Assembly (NCBI GenBank): GCA_040954595.2
Contig: CM082578.2
Location: 3,330,831-3,394,830 of the forward strand
Reading direction: 5' to 3'
Origin: Balanoglossus misakiensis
Lineage: Eukaryota > Animalia > Hemichordata
DNA length: 64,000 nt
Every line of letters begins with the position of its first letter. The stretch's first letter is position 1. A model generated the notes under the pieces. That model was given only the letters and a program-made list of their open reading frames with translations. It made no database searches and had not been told where the DNA came from. Shown one piece after another: positions 25,646 to 37,000 of this stretch. A program made the translations under genes and the position numbers.

Positions 25646-25665
25646 TGGCGTAGTCGGCAGGATTC
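25646..25665 (+). promoter_or_regulatory. Primer-binding site, tRNA-Ser
   Basis: TGGCGTAGTCGGCAGGATTC is complementary to the metazoan tRNA-Ser 3' end ...GAATCCTGCCGACTACGCCA. Confidence 0.9.
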
Positions 25666-26470
25666 CAGCAAGACTTCCACAGCAGGACTTCAGCGAGATT
25701 TCCAGAGTGGACATCATTAACCCTGACTGTACTGAGAGGATAAGAGCTGAACATTACATCCACTTATGAACTTTTGTTGCCATTATACATAGCTCTGTTA
25801 TAATTGTGGGATTATTAGGGCAATTTTGTCAGAAGTCTTCTTTTTCGAATATTCGCCAAGGTCTGAATGTGTATGCACTCTGGGCACCGTACTCCTCACG
25901 GGACCTGATAACTCGGGTCAGTGCAACACGTTCACCTTGGGCTTTTGGATCGCCTTCCAATGGCTGTGATTTGAAACTCGAAGAAATGAAATTCCACTGT
26001 CCAGAAATATCAGAGTGATCATACAGATTTCTTTTGATAATGTCTTACATTTGTATGAAAAGTAGTATTCGCAGCTATGATGGATTGACTTTTCAGTGAT
26101 CAGTGTGTATTTGTTGGTGACAAATTTTTTTTACGTACTTTTGATGTTGTATATGTCTTCAAATATTAAGGTTGTACTTGCTTAGATTGTCCCGAATGTA
26201 TTTTATATAGTTAAAGCTGCACATGCTTCATAATTTTGATGTTGTGTATGTCTTGTACTATTATTGATTATATGTACACAAATCTGTATCATTAAGAATG
26301 CATATTTTGTTTTGAAGCTTGAATGGGTTTGACACATTTGCATGGTACATGTATTACCGCTGAAATATTGAGTTGCGCTTTCGTGCTAGCGTTACATACT
26401 TGTACATATATACTTACCGGTTACTGAGTCACATTGCTTACATACCCTGTTGCCCTGTATTACAAATAAA

Positions 26471-27502
26471 ATGGCCTCTGCAGAAACTCTTCAGGAAATG
26501 AAAACTGAAATAGAAAAATTAAAGTTGGTTATCTCTTGTAAAGAACATGAAGCCGCAGCAGCACAGGCTGATGCAGATGAATCTCAGAAAGAAATAAAGC
26601 GTCTAATTGAAGAGCAACAATATAAAGCTGGTGAAACTGGGAAAATGATGTATATGGTTCCAAGCCGAAAACTTGATCGCTTTAGAGGGAAACCAGAAAG
26701 TAAAGGTGACCTCACTGTTGACGACTGGATTGAAGATGCCAGAGCTGTGATAGCATCCCGTTGTGTGACTAGAGCTGAACAAGCTGCTTTCATCGTTGAA
26801 CACCTTGCTGGAAAAGCACGTCGAGAAATACTTGGACGAGGGGAAGCTGTGACATCTGATCCTTTGAAGATATTTTCAGTGCTGGCAAATGTGTTTGGTG
26901 ACGGTGATAGTCTACCCCAGCTACAACAACGTTTCTTCGCATATAAACAGTCTGATGGTGAAGACATTGTTACATGTTCTTTGGAACTAGTAAATTTGTA
27001 TGACCATATGGTACAACTAGACTCATCCTTCAGACCGGGTAGGGAAGTTCAACTGAAAAACCGTTTGGCTGAAGCTGTACGTGATGACAATGTTCGGATG
27101 GAATTTCGACGGCTTAATGCTGATAGCCCGAGTCTTTCTTTTTTTGATGCTCGTGACCGTATCATTGAACTGATGGGCCTACGAAATTTACCTCAGAAGC
27201 CAAGACGAGATGCTAAGGTCCGTGAAGTCTCAGTTGAAAGTGATGTGCATGATGTGATCCGAAAACAGGAAGAACAAATAGCGACACAACAGAAGCAGAT
27301 AGAGTCTCTAATCTCCATGTTAAAGAACCTATCACATAAATCAGTTCTGAAGGAACCCAACCGACGGAAGGATGGTACACGCAGATGTTGGTCCTGTAAC
27401 TCTCCAGACCACTTACGCAATGCATGTCCTCGGAAGAAACCCCGTGGTGAGCAATCTGCAAAGACGTCACCACCTGGTTCCCAAATGCAGCATTTAAACT
27501 AA
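26471..27502 (+). CDS. gag: Gag (capsid + CCHC zinc knuckle)
   Basis: ORF from MASAETLQ; capsid-like VDDWIEDAR...HLAGKARREI; CWSCNSPDHLRNAC knuckle. Confidence 0.92.
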   Translation: MASAETLQEMKTEIEKLKLVISCKEHEAAAAQADADESQKEIKRLIEEQQYKAGETGKMMYMVPSRKLDRFRGKPESKGDLTVDDWIEDARAVIASRCVTRAEQAAFIVEHLAGKARREILGRGEAVTSDPLKIFSVLANVFGDGDSLPQLQQRFFAYKQSDGEDIVTCSLELVNLYDHMVQLDSSFRPGREVQLKNRLAEAVRDDNVRMEFRRLNADSPSLSFFDARDRIIELMGLRNLPQKPRRDAKVREVSVESDVHDVIRKQEEQIATQQKQIESLISMLKNLSHKSVLKEPNRRKDGTRRCWSCNSPDHLRNACPRKKPRGEQSAKTSPPGSQMQHLN

Positions 27503-30144
27503 CCCAACCTACTGCTGAGAGCCGTGTGGTAGGTGAGACAACTATTGACGGAGGCTCAATTGTACATAGAGCTGTTGGAGATTGTCCTGTTGCTACAGTC
27601 AAGCTTGGACATACTGAAGTTGGATGTTTAATCGACACTGGTGCGGAGGTGTCAACAGTGACTGAACATTTCTTTAAAGAGCACCTAGCTCATGAGGGAA
27701 AGTTAATAGATGTCACGTCATTTATCCAGATTTCTGCGTCCCAAGGATTAGAGATTCCATACATTGGCTATGTAGAGCTTTCCGTCACAGTATGTAATCA
27801 CACGTTCCCGAACTTAGGATTTCTTGTGGTATGTGATCCAATCGACACTCCAGTTGAGACACGTAAGAAGAAAATACCAGGTGTGCTTGGATCCAATGTG
27901 TTTAGAGATGTACGAAAATCACTTATAGACGAGTATGGTGATAACTATGTGGAGGAGTTATCAAAAACACTGTGTGCTGATGACATCAAATTCCTTCACG
28001 TGTTGGAGGTTTACCCATCCAAAGCTGTGAACCAGGAGACAGTTGTGACGACCTCACATGTCAGACCAGTTCGAATTGCTGCTAGGGGGCCTGTATTGAT
28101 TCCTGCTCGTACTATTCGTGTGATCGAAGGTTCAGTTCAACCTGCTGCACCAGGACAGATATACCATGCACTTTTGGAGAGACATATTGCTCATGTCGCT
28201 GATTTACCAAGTGGAATAGCCTTAGGTGCAACCTATGTTTCTGTTGACAGGACTGGCAGAGTTCCTATGCAAGTGGCTAACTTTAGTGACACTGATACTT
28301 ACCTGTTACCACGCACTCCAATTGGTATGATTAAGCCTGCCTTGATAGAGCCAACAATTGAATTCTGTACTGTTAGTGAGAATGAGGTACAAGTCAAGAA
28401 CAATGCTGTTTCCAACGTTGTTACCCCTACTGTGCAGAACCTGATGTCCAGAATGGATGTTGGTGATATTAGTCAGAATCAGCGAGAAGAGTTGCATGAA
28501 TTGATCAGAAAATATGAATCAGTGTTCAGTAAAGATGAGGATGACATTGGTTACTGTGACATTGTACAACACAAGATTATCACAACTGATGACAAACCAG
28601 TAAAGTTACCCCATCGTAGAGTACCACCACACCAGTGGGATGAAGTCCGTGAATATATTAGCAAATCGTTGGAGCGTGGCATTATCCGGGAATCGTCGAG
28701 TCCATTTGCATCGCCAGTAGTCCTAGTTCGAAAGAAGGATGGCAAACTGCGACTTTGTGTGGACTATCGCTCATTGAATGCAAAAACTCACAAAGATGCG
28801 TATCCATTACCCAGAATTGATGAGGCATTGGATGTGTTAAATGGAGCCAAGTACTTCTGTAGCCTAGATCTTGCGCATGGCTATCATCAGATTCCTGTGT
28901 ACGAGGAACATGTTGAGAAGACTGCCTTCAGGACAGGAACTGGTGGACTTTATGAATTTGTGAGAATGCCTTTCGGGTTATGTAATGCACCCGCGACCTT
29001 TATGAGATTAATGGACAAGGCGTTTGGAGACCTTAATTTCCAGATTCTGCTCGTCTACCTGGACGATATCTTGGTGTTTGGTTCCACTTTTGAGGAGGCC
29101 CTAACCAGACTTGATACAGTTCTTTCTCGTCTCAGCAACCTGAACCTCAAGGTCAAGCCTGAGAAGTGTCAACTGTTTCGTACCAAGGTTCACTACCTTG
29201 GGCATGTTGTTACCAGTGCAGGAACATTACCAGATCCTGGAAAAGTTTGTGCTGTAGCAGATTGGCCCCGACCAGAGACAGAAAATGAACTTCGTCGATT
29301 TCTTGGTCTCTCCAGCTATTACAGGAGGTTTGTCAAAGGCTATGCAACTATTGCGGCACCACTACACGACCTGTTAAAGACGTCTGATGTTGAAGAAAAG
29401 ACGAAGGAAGTTAGAAAGAGAAGAAAGTCAGACAAGCTTTCCAGGAATATTAAAGACGTCTGGGACCATTCCTGTGAAGACGCATTCAACACTCTCAAAC
29501 AGATGTTGACTTCCGCACCTATACTTGGGTATCCAGATTTCCATTTACCATTTATACTTGAGACAGATGCTAGTATGCATGGTTTAGGAGCTGTCCTTTC
29601 CCAGAAACAAGGAGACAGAATCGTTGTCCTTGGCTATGCAAGTCGAAGCTTAAAGCCCCATGAACGGAATATGCAAAACTACTCCAGTATGAAATTGGAA
29701 CTTCTTGCATTGAGATGGGCAATAACGCAGAAGTTTCGAGACCTGTTGACTGGAGCAGAATTTGTTGTGTATACTGACAATAATCCTTTAAGTTACTTGC
29801 TGACGTCAGCCAAGCTGGGAGCAACAGAGACTCGGTGGGCAGCAGACCTTGCACAGTTCAATTTCTCCATTAAATACAGATCCGGCAGAAACAATAGGAA
29901 TGCTGATGCACTTAGCAGAAAACTGAAACACGATGACCAGTATAGAGTGACAAGACTAGAGGAAGTTCAGACTGACAGCCTTGACACAGGTTTTCCAGAT
30001 ATACCTGTTCCTACACTAGTGCCTAACTACATGCATGTTCAGATGCAACAGATGACTGCAGATGCCTTATTGGATGAAATCCGTTCCAGATCTGCAAAGA
30101 TAGAGCCTAAAACTGTTTCTACATTTCCTTCCATTTCTACATAA
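27493..30144 (+). CDS. pol: Pol: aspartic protease, RT, RNase H (reached by -1 frameshift)
   Basis: LIDTGA, LRLCVDYR, MPFGL, YLDD, ETDAS and ADALSR motifs; the -1 frame is open from TTTAAAC (27493-27499). Confidence 0.92.
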   Translation, partial: FKLTQPTAESRVVGETTIDGGSIVHRAVGDCPVATVKLGHTEVGCLIDTGAEVSTVTEHFFKEHLAHEGKLIDVTSFIQISASQGLEIPYIGYVELSVTVCNHTFPNLGFLVVCDPIDTPVETRKKKIPGVLGSNVFRDVRKSLIDEYGDNYVEELSKTLCADDIKFLHVLEVYPSKAVNQETVVTTSHVRPVRIAARGPVLIPARTIRVIEGSVQPAAPGQIYHALLERHIAHVADLPSGIALGATYVSVDRTGRVPMQVANFSDTDTYLLPRTPIGMIKPALIEPTIEFCTVSENEVQVKNNAVSNVVTPTVQNLMSRMDVGDISQNQREELHELIRKYESVFSKDEDDIGYCDIVQHKIITTDDKPVKLPHRRVPPHQWDEVREYISKSLERGIIRESSSPFASPVVLVRKKDGKLRLCVDYRSLNAKTHKDAYPLPRIDEALDVLNGAKYFCSLDLAHGYHQIPVYEEHVEKTAFRTGTGGLYEFVRMPFGLCNAPATFMRLMDKAFGDLNFQILLVYLDDILVFGSTFEEALTRLDTVLSRLSNLNLKVKPEKCQLFRTKVHYLGHVVTSAGTLPDPGKVCAVADWPRPETENELRRFLGLSSYYRRFVKGYATIAAPLHDLLKTSDVEEKTKEVRKRRKSDKLSRNIKDVWDHSCEDAFNTLKQMLTSAPILGYPDFHLPFILETDASMHGLGAVLSQKQGDRIVVLGYASRSLKPHERNMQNYSSMKLELLALRWAITQKFRDLLTGAEFVVYTDNNPLSYLLTSAKLGATETRWAADLAQFNFSIKYRSGRNNRNADALSRKLKHDDQYRVTRLEEVQTDSLDTGFPDIPVPTLVPNYMHVQMQQMTADALLDEIRSRSAKIEPKTVSTFPSIST

Positions 30145-31855
30145 CCATCCTCCTACTAATCGTCAGCTGATGGCAGAACCCAGACCTACACGGAAGTTGT
30201 TGCGCTGTTGGAAGAGAGTTAAGGAAGAAAATGGCATACTTTACCGCATTGTCCATGATGTCGGGAAGGAGGTCAAACAATTGCTACTTCCCGGTATCCT
30301 CAAGCAAAAGGTTTTGAATGCTGTACATGACCAGGTTGGACACCAAGCTGCTGAAAAGACTATGGCTTTGTTGAAAACCAGATGCTACTGGCCCGGAATG
30401 TTGGCAGAAGTGACCGAGTACTGTCAACGATGTCAACGCTGTGCATTGGCTAAAGCAGGGAAGAAACTTCACCCCACCATGGGATCCTTGACTGCTAATA
30501 GGCCACTCGAAGTGTTAGCTATAGACTTTACTGTGTTGGAACTAAGTTCCAATGGCTTCGAAAATGTACTCGTGCTGACAGACGTATTCACAAAGTTCAC
30601 GCAAGCTATTCCGACTCGTGACCAGAAGGCAACGACTGTGGCCCGTGTTTTAGTGCGTGATTGGTTTGTTCGGTTCGGAGTACCTCGAAGGATACATAGT
30701 GATCAAGGCCGGAATTTTGAGAGCAAAGTTATTCAAGAACTCTGTAAATTGTATGGGATTACAAAAAGTCGTACTACTGCCTATCACCCTGAGGGCAATG
30801 GACAGTGTGAACGATTTAATCGCACTCTCCACGATCGTTTGCGTACACTGACTCCAGAGAAGAAACGCAGATGGACCGAGTTCCTACCTGAACTTGTTTA
30901 TGCCTACAATAGCACACCCCACTCCACTACTGGCTATTCACCACATTATTTGTTTTTTGGTAGAGAGCCTACACTACCCATGGACCATTTACTTGGAACT
31001 GCTCCAGATAGTACTGATAGTGATAGTGATATCGTAGAAGAGTGGATTGCTGAACATTATGAGAGACTGATGGATGCATACAAACTCGCCTCACAAAAGA
31101 CAGAGATAGAAGTTTTGCGGAGAAAGACTAGATGTGACCGTAAAGCTACCAACACTGATTTACCAATAGGAACACGAGTATTCCTTAGAAACAGGACTAC
31201 CAGAGGGAGGAATAAAATCCAAGATGTATGGAGTCCAGAACCCCATAGAGTTATTGACCGACTTGCTACAGGCGGACATACATATGTCGTAGAACCAGTT
31301 GATGGAGGATGTCAGAAAACCGTCAATAGGAAAGAGTTGCTAGATGCTAGAAGCCTTGTGAAAGATATGAAGCTCTGTGATGATACTGGCGGTGATGAAC
31401 CAGAAGAGTTGTCCTGTAATGATTCTGATGACGACGAGTGTGACTATGGTGTTGACATACAACATTGGAATACAATTTGTGGTACACAGTCTGGTAACGC
31501 ACCAGATAGTATGGGTATGACTCACCTTGGCTCATTTAGAGATGATACTCCATGTACCAGACGGACAGAGTCCCCGACTGATGATATACCCAGTGCTTCA
31601 TTCAAAGCAGGGAAGCAAGCCTCCAGTACCTTGACAGATGGCACCTCAGATGCACTTACTCAGCCTACTGCACCAGCAGGACTTAGACGTACAAGCCGTG
31701 CGAATGCTGGTCAGCATTCCAACCCACATCACTTGCCAAGATCAGCGATTAGAGAAGCAACCGCTTCATTACGTGTAGATGAACAAGTGTTAACTGATAT
31801 TGCTAAAACAAACCTTTTAATTATGCAAATGTTATCTACTATTGCGCACAACTGA
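30143..31855 (+). CDS. Integrase (HHCC, DDE core, GPY/F-like tail), out of frame with RT-RH
   Basis: HDQVGH...CQRC, IDF, IHSDQGRNFES, GQCERFN; frame shifts at ~30142. Confidence 0.88.
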   Translation, partial: NHPPTNRQLMAEPRPTRKLLRCWKRVKEENGILYRIVHDVGKEVKQLLLPGILKQKVLNAVHDQVGHQAAEKTMALLKTRCYWPGMLAEVTEYCQRCQRCALAKAGKKLHPTMGSLTANRPLEVLAIDFTVLELSSNGFENVLVLTDVFTKFTQAIPTRDQKATTVARVLVRDWFVRFGVPRRIHSDQGRNFESKVIQELCKLYGITKSRTTAYHPEGNGQCERFNRTLHDRLRTLTPEKKRRWTEFLPELVYAYNSTPHSTTGYSPHYLFFGREPTLPMDHLLGTAPDSTDSDSDIVEEWIAEHYERLMDAYKLASQKTEIEVLRRKTRCDRKATNTDLPIGTRVFLRNRTTRGRNKIQDVWSPEPHRVIDRLATGGHTYVVEPVDGGCQKTVNRKELLDARSLVKDMKLCDDTGGDEPEELSCNDSDDDECDYGVDIQHWNTICGTQSGNAPDSMGMTHLGSFRDDTPCTRRTESPTDDIPSASFKAGKQASSTLTDGTSDALTQPTAPAGLRRTSRANAGQHSNPHHLPRSAIREATASLRVDEQVLTDIAKTNLLIMQMLSTIAHN

Positions 31856-31899
31856 TTGTTTGATGGTTGATGGGACACTAACCATTAAGCAGGGAAGTG

Positions 31900-33022
31900 T
31901 GTGGGGATATAAAACCATAATTGTCGTGTGAGGGCGCTATAATTTGTGCGCATGCGCAGACAGTGTTTTTCTTGCTATAGTACATGTACTTACCTTGTAA
32001 CCCTGTCATTCGATCACTGAATTTCATCCGGAGCCATCCACTTTGTGGCCAGCGTTGTTACTTTGATAACTACACATACTTGTTTGGTAAGATGTTATGT
32101 TTTTTGTCAAGAGTATTTTTGTAATATATTTCTTGTATTTATTTGATATTTGCTACATTTCGGTACAGACAACTTTGTACATATGATGTTACACGTGGCG
32201 TCCATGTGCGTACAATAATTTCAGTGAAAGTCTTATCTATTTTTGTCTGTAAGTTTGAATGTTCATAAAAAGTAATTTAGAGTTGTATTACATTGATTGG
32301 TGAACCCAGCTTCATTTAATATCGATATTTGCAGTAAATATGAACAGACTATTTCTGTATTCCGTGAAATGCATGGTTCTTGCTCAGCAACTTACACAGC
32401 GGTCTATTGTTTGTACAGGACAGTCGTACTGTTGGTTGATTACCCATTGATTGCTTTACTTACCTGTTAGTCAGGGTGAGTGAATTGTACCTTTTAAACA
32501 GACTTACCTGGTTTTGTCTAATTTGCTGTTATTTACTGTAATTCTGAATACTTGAAATAGTACTGCACAATGTATATATTATCAGTACAGTGTCATGATT
32601 TATACTATGATGAAGCCATGTTGACGTTATGTTTACAATTCATCAGTATATTAGCATCTCCCTGATGTTGAGAACTGTATTGTAATTTCATTGATTTACC
32701 TGAATATTTTTGTGTATTTATTTACTTGTGTCTTAGTCGCTGACGCTTAGTCTGACCATGAGTAAATGTGAAATACACTGACACTGCAATCTTTATTTCT
32801 TTGCAGGTTCTTTGTTGTTGCGTAGTTGTTTGGTTGTGGTACTTGTTTTCAAGTCACTTACAGTTTACTATACAAGTCTCGCTCCTGTCAAAACCACTTA
32901 TGGTCTATCATTATCCAAATTGAACCATTGTAATGTGTGACTGCATACGGAAGCTGGAATAAAAGTGCTCATTGGAATTGAACTCTAACCGTGGTGTGCG
33001 TGTCCAATGTTCCTGTGTTACA
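31900..33022 (+). repeat. 3' LTR (1123 bp)
   Basis: Direct repeat of the 5' LTR, preceded by the purine-rich AAGCAGGGAAG (PPT). Confidence 0.97.
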
Positions 33023-33026
33023 CGTG

Positions 33027-33910
33027 GAATCATCTGATGATGTCGTCGACCAGATGGAAACATGTGAATCAGCTCCAGACTTTCATTACATACAGGCCGT
33101 AAATTTGATAAGTCTAGCTAAAGTTTCAGTAAATGACGAAGTTAGTGTAGAAAGTAAATAAGGTCATTTCTTTCTTTAATTCCAAAATATTCTGCTGATG
33201 ATGTTAATTTAATAGAAAAATACACAAGAATACAAAATGAAGATGTTTTGTGGCATGAGGTAAGGGCAGGTAGAATAACATCATCTAATTTCTATTCTGT
33301 TTTTACGAGGGTAAACACCATAAAAATAGCAAATCAAATCGATCGAAAGACATGACAAGCTTAATCGCCAAACTAATGGGGTATAAATCAATAAATCCAC
33401 ACATACCTGCCCTTAAACATGGTCGCAACATGGAACCAATTGCAAAACAAAAGTACATCACTATTATAAGCAAGAAACATATTAGTGTGTCACAACCAGG
33501 GATTGTGGGATATTTGTTGACAAACATCGACCATACTTAGCTGCAACCCCCGATTTGTTAGTGCGCTGTGAATGCTGTGGCCAAGGCCACACTGAAATTA
33601 AGTGTCCCAGGAGTATTGCCCACACAATTCCAACGGCCGGGGCCCCCGAGTATCTGGTACTGATTGATGGAAAAACCAAGCTAAAGAACAACCATAGTTA
33701 CTATGCACAGGTTCAGGGGCAGATGGCATTGACTGGCCATAAATGGTGTGATTTTTTTGTATATACGTCGCACGGCCATCATTATGAAAGAATTCAGTTT
33801 GACCAGATTTATTGGTCAGATCTGCTGGAAAGACTTGATTACTTTTTTTTAAGTATCTTGCAATTGAGTTGATTACAGGGAAGGTGAAACGTGAAATGAC
33901 CACGGCGTAG
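33027..33910 (+). pseudogene. YqaJ/lambda-exonuclease-like domain of the same gene, 3' part
   Basis: The frame continues across the LTR element (TTNDV-ESSDD). Motifs WHEVRAGRITSSNF, HGRNMEP, YLAATPD, EIKCP, YYAQVQGQM, WCDFFVY; several stops and frameshifts. Confidence 0.85.
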
Positions 33911-34096
33911 CCCAGTGACGAAATATGTTTCGGACCAACATCAGTGCATTCTTGTAGGTCGTGATTAAATTTCCAGTTCTCATGAATAAAATCAAAATCA
34001 GAATGTGTGAAAATCTATTTCTGAGGTCATTTTTATATACATGGAGGGGAATTCAAAGTCACTGTGTTTCCCCATAGTTGTTAAGTGTAACAGTAA

Positions 34097-37000
34097 TAGT
34101 CCATGGGCCAGAGACCGAAACCCTCCCCCCCCTGAGGAGTTTTGCAGACATATATTTTTGGAAAGCCTATTTATCCAGCTGTCAGAATCAGGTTGTTTGC
34201 ACTCATATTAATGGTGGGTGTGGCCGTGAGGAGCGGTTGTCATGGTAACGATAGCATAATTTTAGGGGTGCTCATACAGTTAAAAAATGATATATTTCAG
34301 GATCTGAGAAAGCTAGAGAAAAAATTTAAACATTGGGTCTTATAAAGTAGGGGACGGGCTATCCAATGATTACATGACCGACAAGGTCAGAGGTCAAGTT
34401 CATCTTCAAAACGCGGGGTCAAAGTAAAAATTTCGCTATTTTTTGCACATCGATCATACATAGTTTCGATTTACTGGAAAACGGTTTGCTCGAGGAGGCT
34501 GTAAATTGGTCATCAGGTAGCATGGAACATTAGGTTTATGAAAAATAAGCTGATTCACGTCTTTGATATTAAGTTATATTAAAATTATGTTACCATAACG
34601 ACGGATAGCAGATTTTGCAAAAATCAAAAAAATAAGAATCCTGCTATATCTTTGCTACCAATTAAGCTTTAGATAAAATTTAAACACTCAAACTTATATT
34701 GTCGGATGCGAGCTTTTGATTGCTAACTTGAACTTTGGGGTTCAAGGTCAAGGTCATCCTCAAATTTCAGGTCAAAGTGACAAAATGGACATTATGGATT
34801 TTTGTTCAAAATGACATTTTACGGCGAGCGTTTACTAAACACTGTTTGGGTCTAGAATGCTATAATTTAATCTCCAGATAGAGATGTGTATTGTTTACAA
34901 AGATTTTAATTTGTTTTGCTGTTTACATATACTTAATATGCAAAACCTGCTGTTTTAATGACAACAAAATGAATGGTAGGAATAGCAAGAGTACTCATAC
35001 AGTTAAAATGAGATATTTCAGGTTCTGAGAAAGCTAGAGAAAAAATTTAAACATTCAGTATTATAAAGTAGGGTACGGGCTATCCAATTATTACACGACC
35101 GACAAGGTCAGAGGTCAAGTTCATCTTCAAAACTTGGGGTCAAAGTGAAAATTTCGCTATTTTTTGCATATCGGTCATACATAGTTTTGATTTACTGGAA
35201 AACGGTTTGCTCGAGGAGGCTGTAAATTGGTCATCAGGTAGCAAGGAATATTAGCTTTAAGAAAAATAGGCCCATTTTTGTCTTTGGTTGTAATTTATAT
35301 TAAAATTCTGTAACCATAACGACGGATAGAAGATTTTGCGAAATTCCCCAAAATAAGAAACTTGCTATATCTTTGCTACCAATTAAGCTTTAGATTGAAT
35401 TTAAACACTCAAACTTATATTGTCGGATGCGAGCTTTTGATTGCTAAATTGAACTTTGGGGTTCAAGGTCAAGGTCATCCTCAATTTTCGGGTCAAAGTG
35501 ACAAAATGGGCATTATGGACTTTGTTCAAAATGACATTTTACGGCGAGCGTTTACTACACTGTTGGGATCTAGAATGCTATGATTTTGTATATTTTGATA
35601 TTAATATTCAAATAAGATGCCACTTTGATTTCTGGATATTATTATATAAAAAAACGCGACCGTGGGAGTGCGAATCATGCTGATTTATGCGTTATCCCAT
35701 GATGCCACTGTAGCAATAGTCCAGACAAACCGATCGAATATCTGTGTTTTAGGCACATAGATTTTTTGGAAATTGTGCGTAAAGCACTTAAGACACATTA
35801 TATACTCAAAAGCAATGTTTTTAAATCACAATCATTCATAATCATACAAAATGAATGCTACGTTTTTTAAAAAAAACGTTTGCTCATGTGGAAATGTTTT
35901 CCGGTTGTTTGTCATTGCATGGCCTCCACCTTGCTGATGAAACGTCCAGCGCTAGGTTGTGCAACTTTTTATCATGGTGTAAAGGTAGGGAACACAGTCA
36001 ATGCCTGAGATGGATTGTGATCTTTTGACTTCCCAGCCTGCTAATGAACTTTTGGAAATAGTTCACAATTTTGTGGAACACATCATTGAACATCATTTCC
36101 CGCTTATGGCTGAGTTTAGACAAGAGAGGAGTAACTTTTAACTTTTGGTATGACTTTGTGTAGAGTATTGCTGCCATTACAACTCTACCCACCGGTGGAA
36201 ATGTAAGTGCATTAAGAAATGGTGATTGAGATATTTGCCAAACTGCTAAGAATCAGCTATTATTACCTCTGTTGTTTTGTGCCAATCGAAACGGACTATG
36301 CAAGATACATGTCAGTACTTATTCTGGTGATGCATGGAATACCCAAAAGTGTACAAGAGTCATTAATGAGGAGGATTCATGGCAAACTTATCTGACGATT
36401 CACTAAAGGGTGCTGGTGGTGTTATAGGATTAAAGATGAGAGGTTTAGCACTTGAAAAGTGGTTTTGGGTGGACCGATTACTGCAAAGTTCTCTGATACA
36501 TTTCACAAATAAATATGCAGTATTGGTAAACAAAATAAGATCCGATATGGAAAAGCAGTCATTAAGAGATGGAATACTGATGTGGCAAAGCTTTAAGAAT
36601 TATAAGGTGGAGCATTTGTCGACCCATTTGATCTTTCCGACCCTCATTTAAGCAATTATCAACATTACTATATCAAAAGATATGGCTGGGTTTTTTTTCT
36701 GAGCAAATAATTACACAAGAAGAACCTGACAAACCGTGTAAGTGCTTCTATCATAGTATGACTTGCGGCAATGTAAAAACATGACAAAAATGAAGAAGAC
36801 GGTTTATCTTTGATTACCTGCTGTTAATACAAGTTAGAAGATGCCACTCATTGGAGTCATTGAAAATTCCAACGTTCCTCTCTGTTTGTTTTCAGATGAT
36901 GGACTTAAAATTCATTTCCAGGAGACAGATAGACTAGACTTGAGGCTGCCGATGCCATAGTTTACGATGACCATTCAGTCTCTGTCTGGTCCTAATCTTG

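Larger units (their letters stand above)
24520..33022 (+). mobile_element. Full-length Ty3/Gypsy LTR retrotransposon, 8503 bp
   Basis: TG...CA LTRs; CGTG TSD at 24516-24519 and 33023-33026; PBS, PPT and gag-PR-RT-RH-INT order. Confidence 0.97.

Noticed and set aside
31400-31855. env-like third ORF in the Gypsy element
   Set aside because: It is the low-complexity tail of the integrase ORF, with no signal peptide or TM segment.
34142-34345. Duplicated 67-aa ORF (mirror at 38375-38578)
   Set aside because: Chance ORF within the Academ TIRs.
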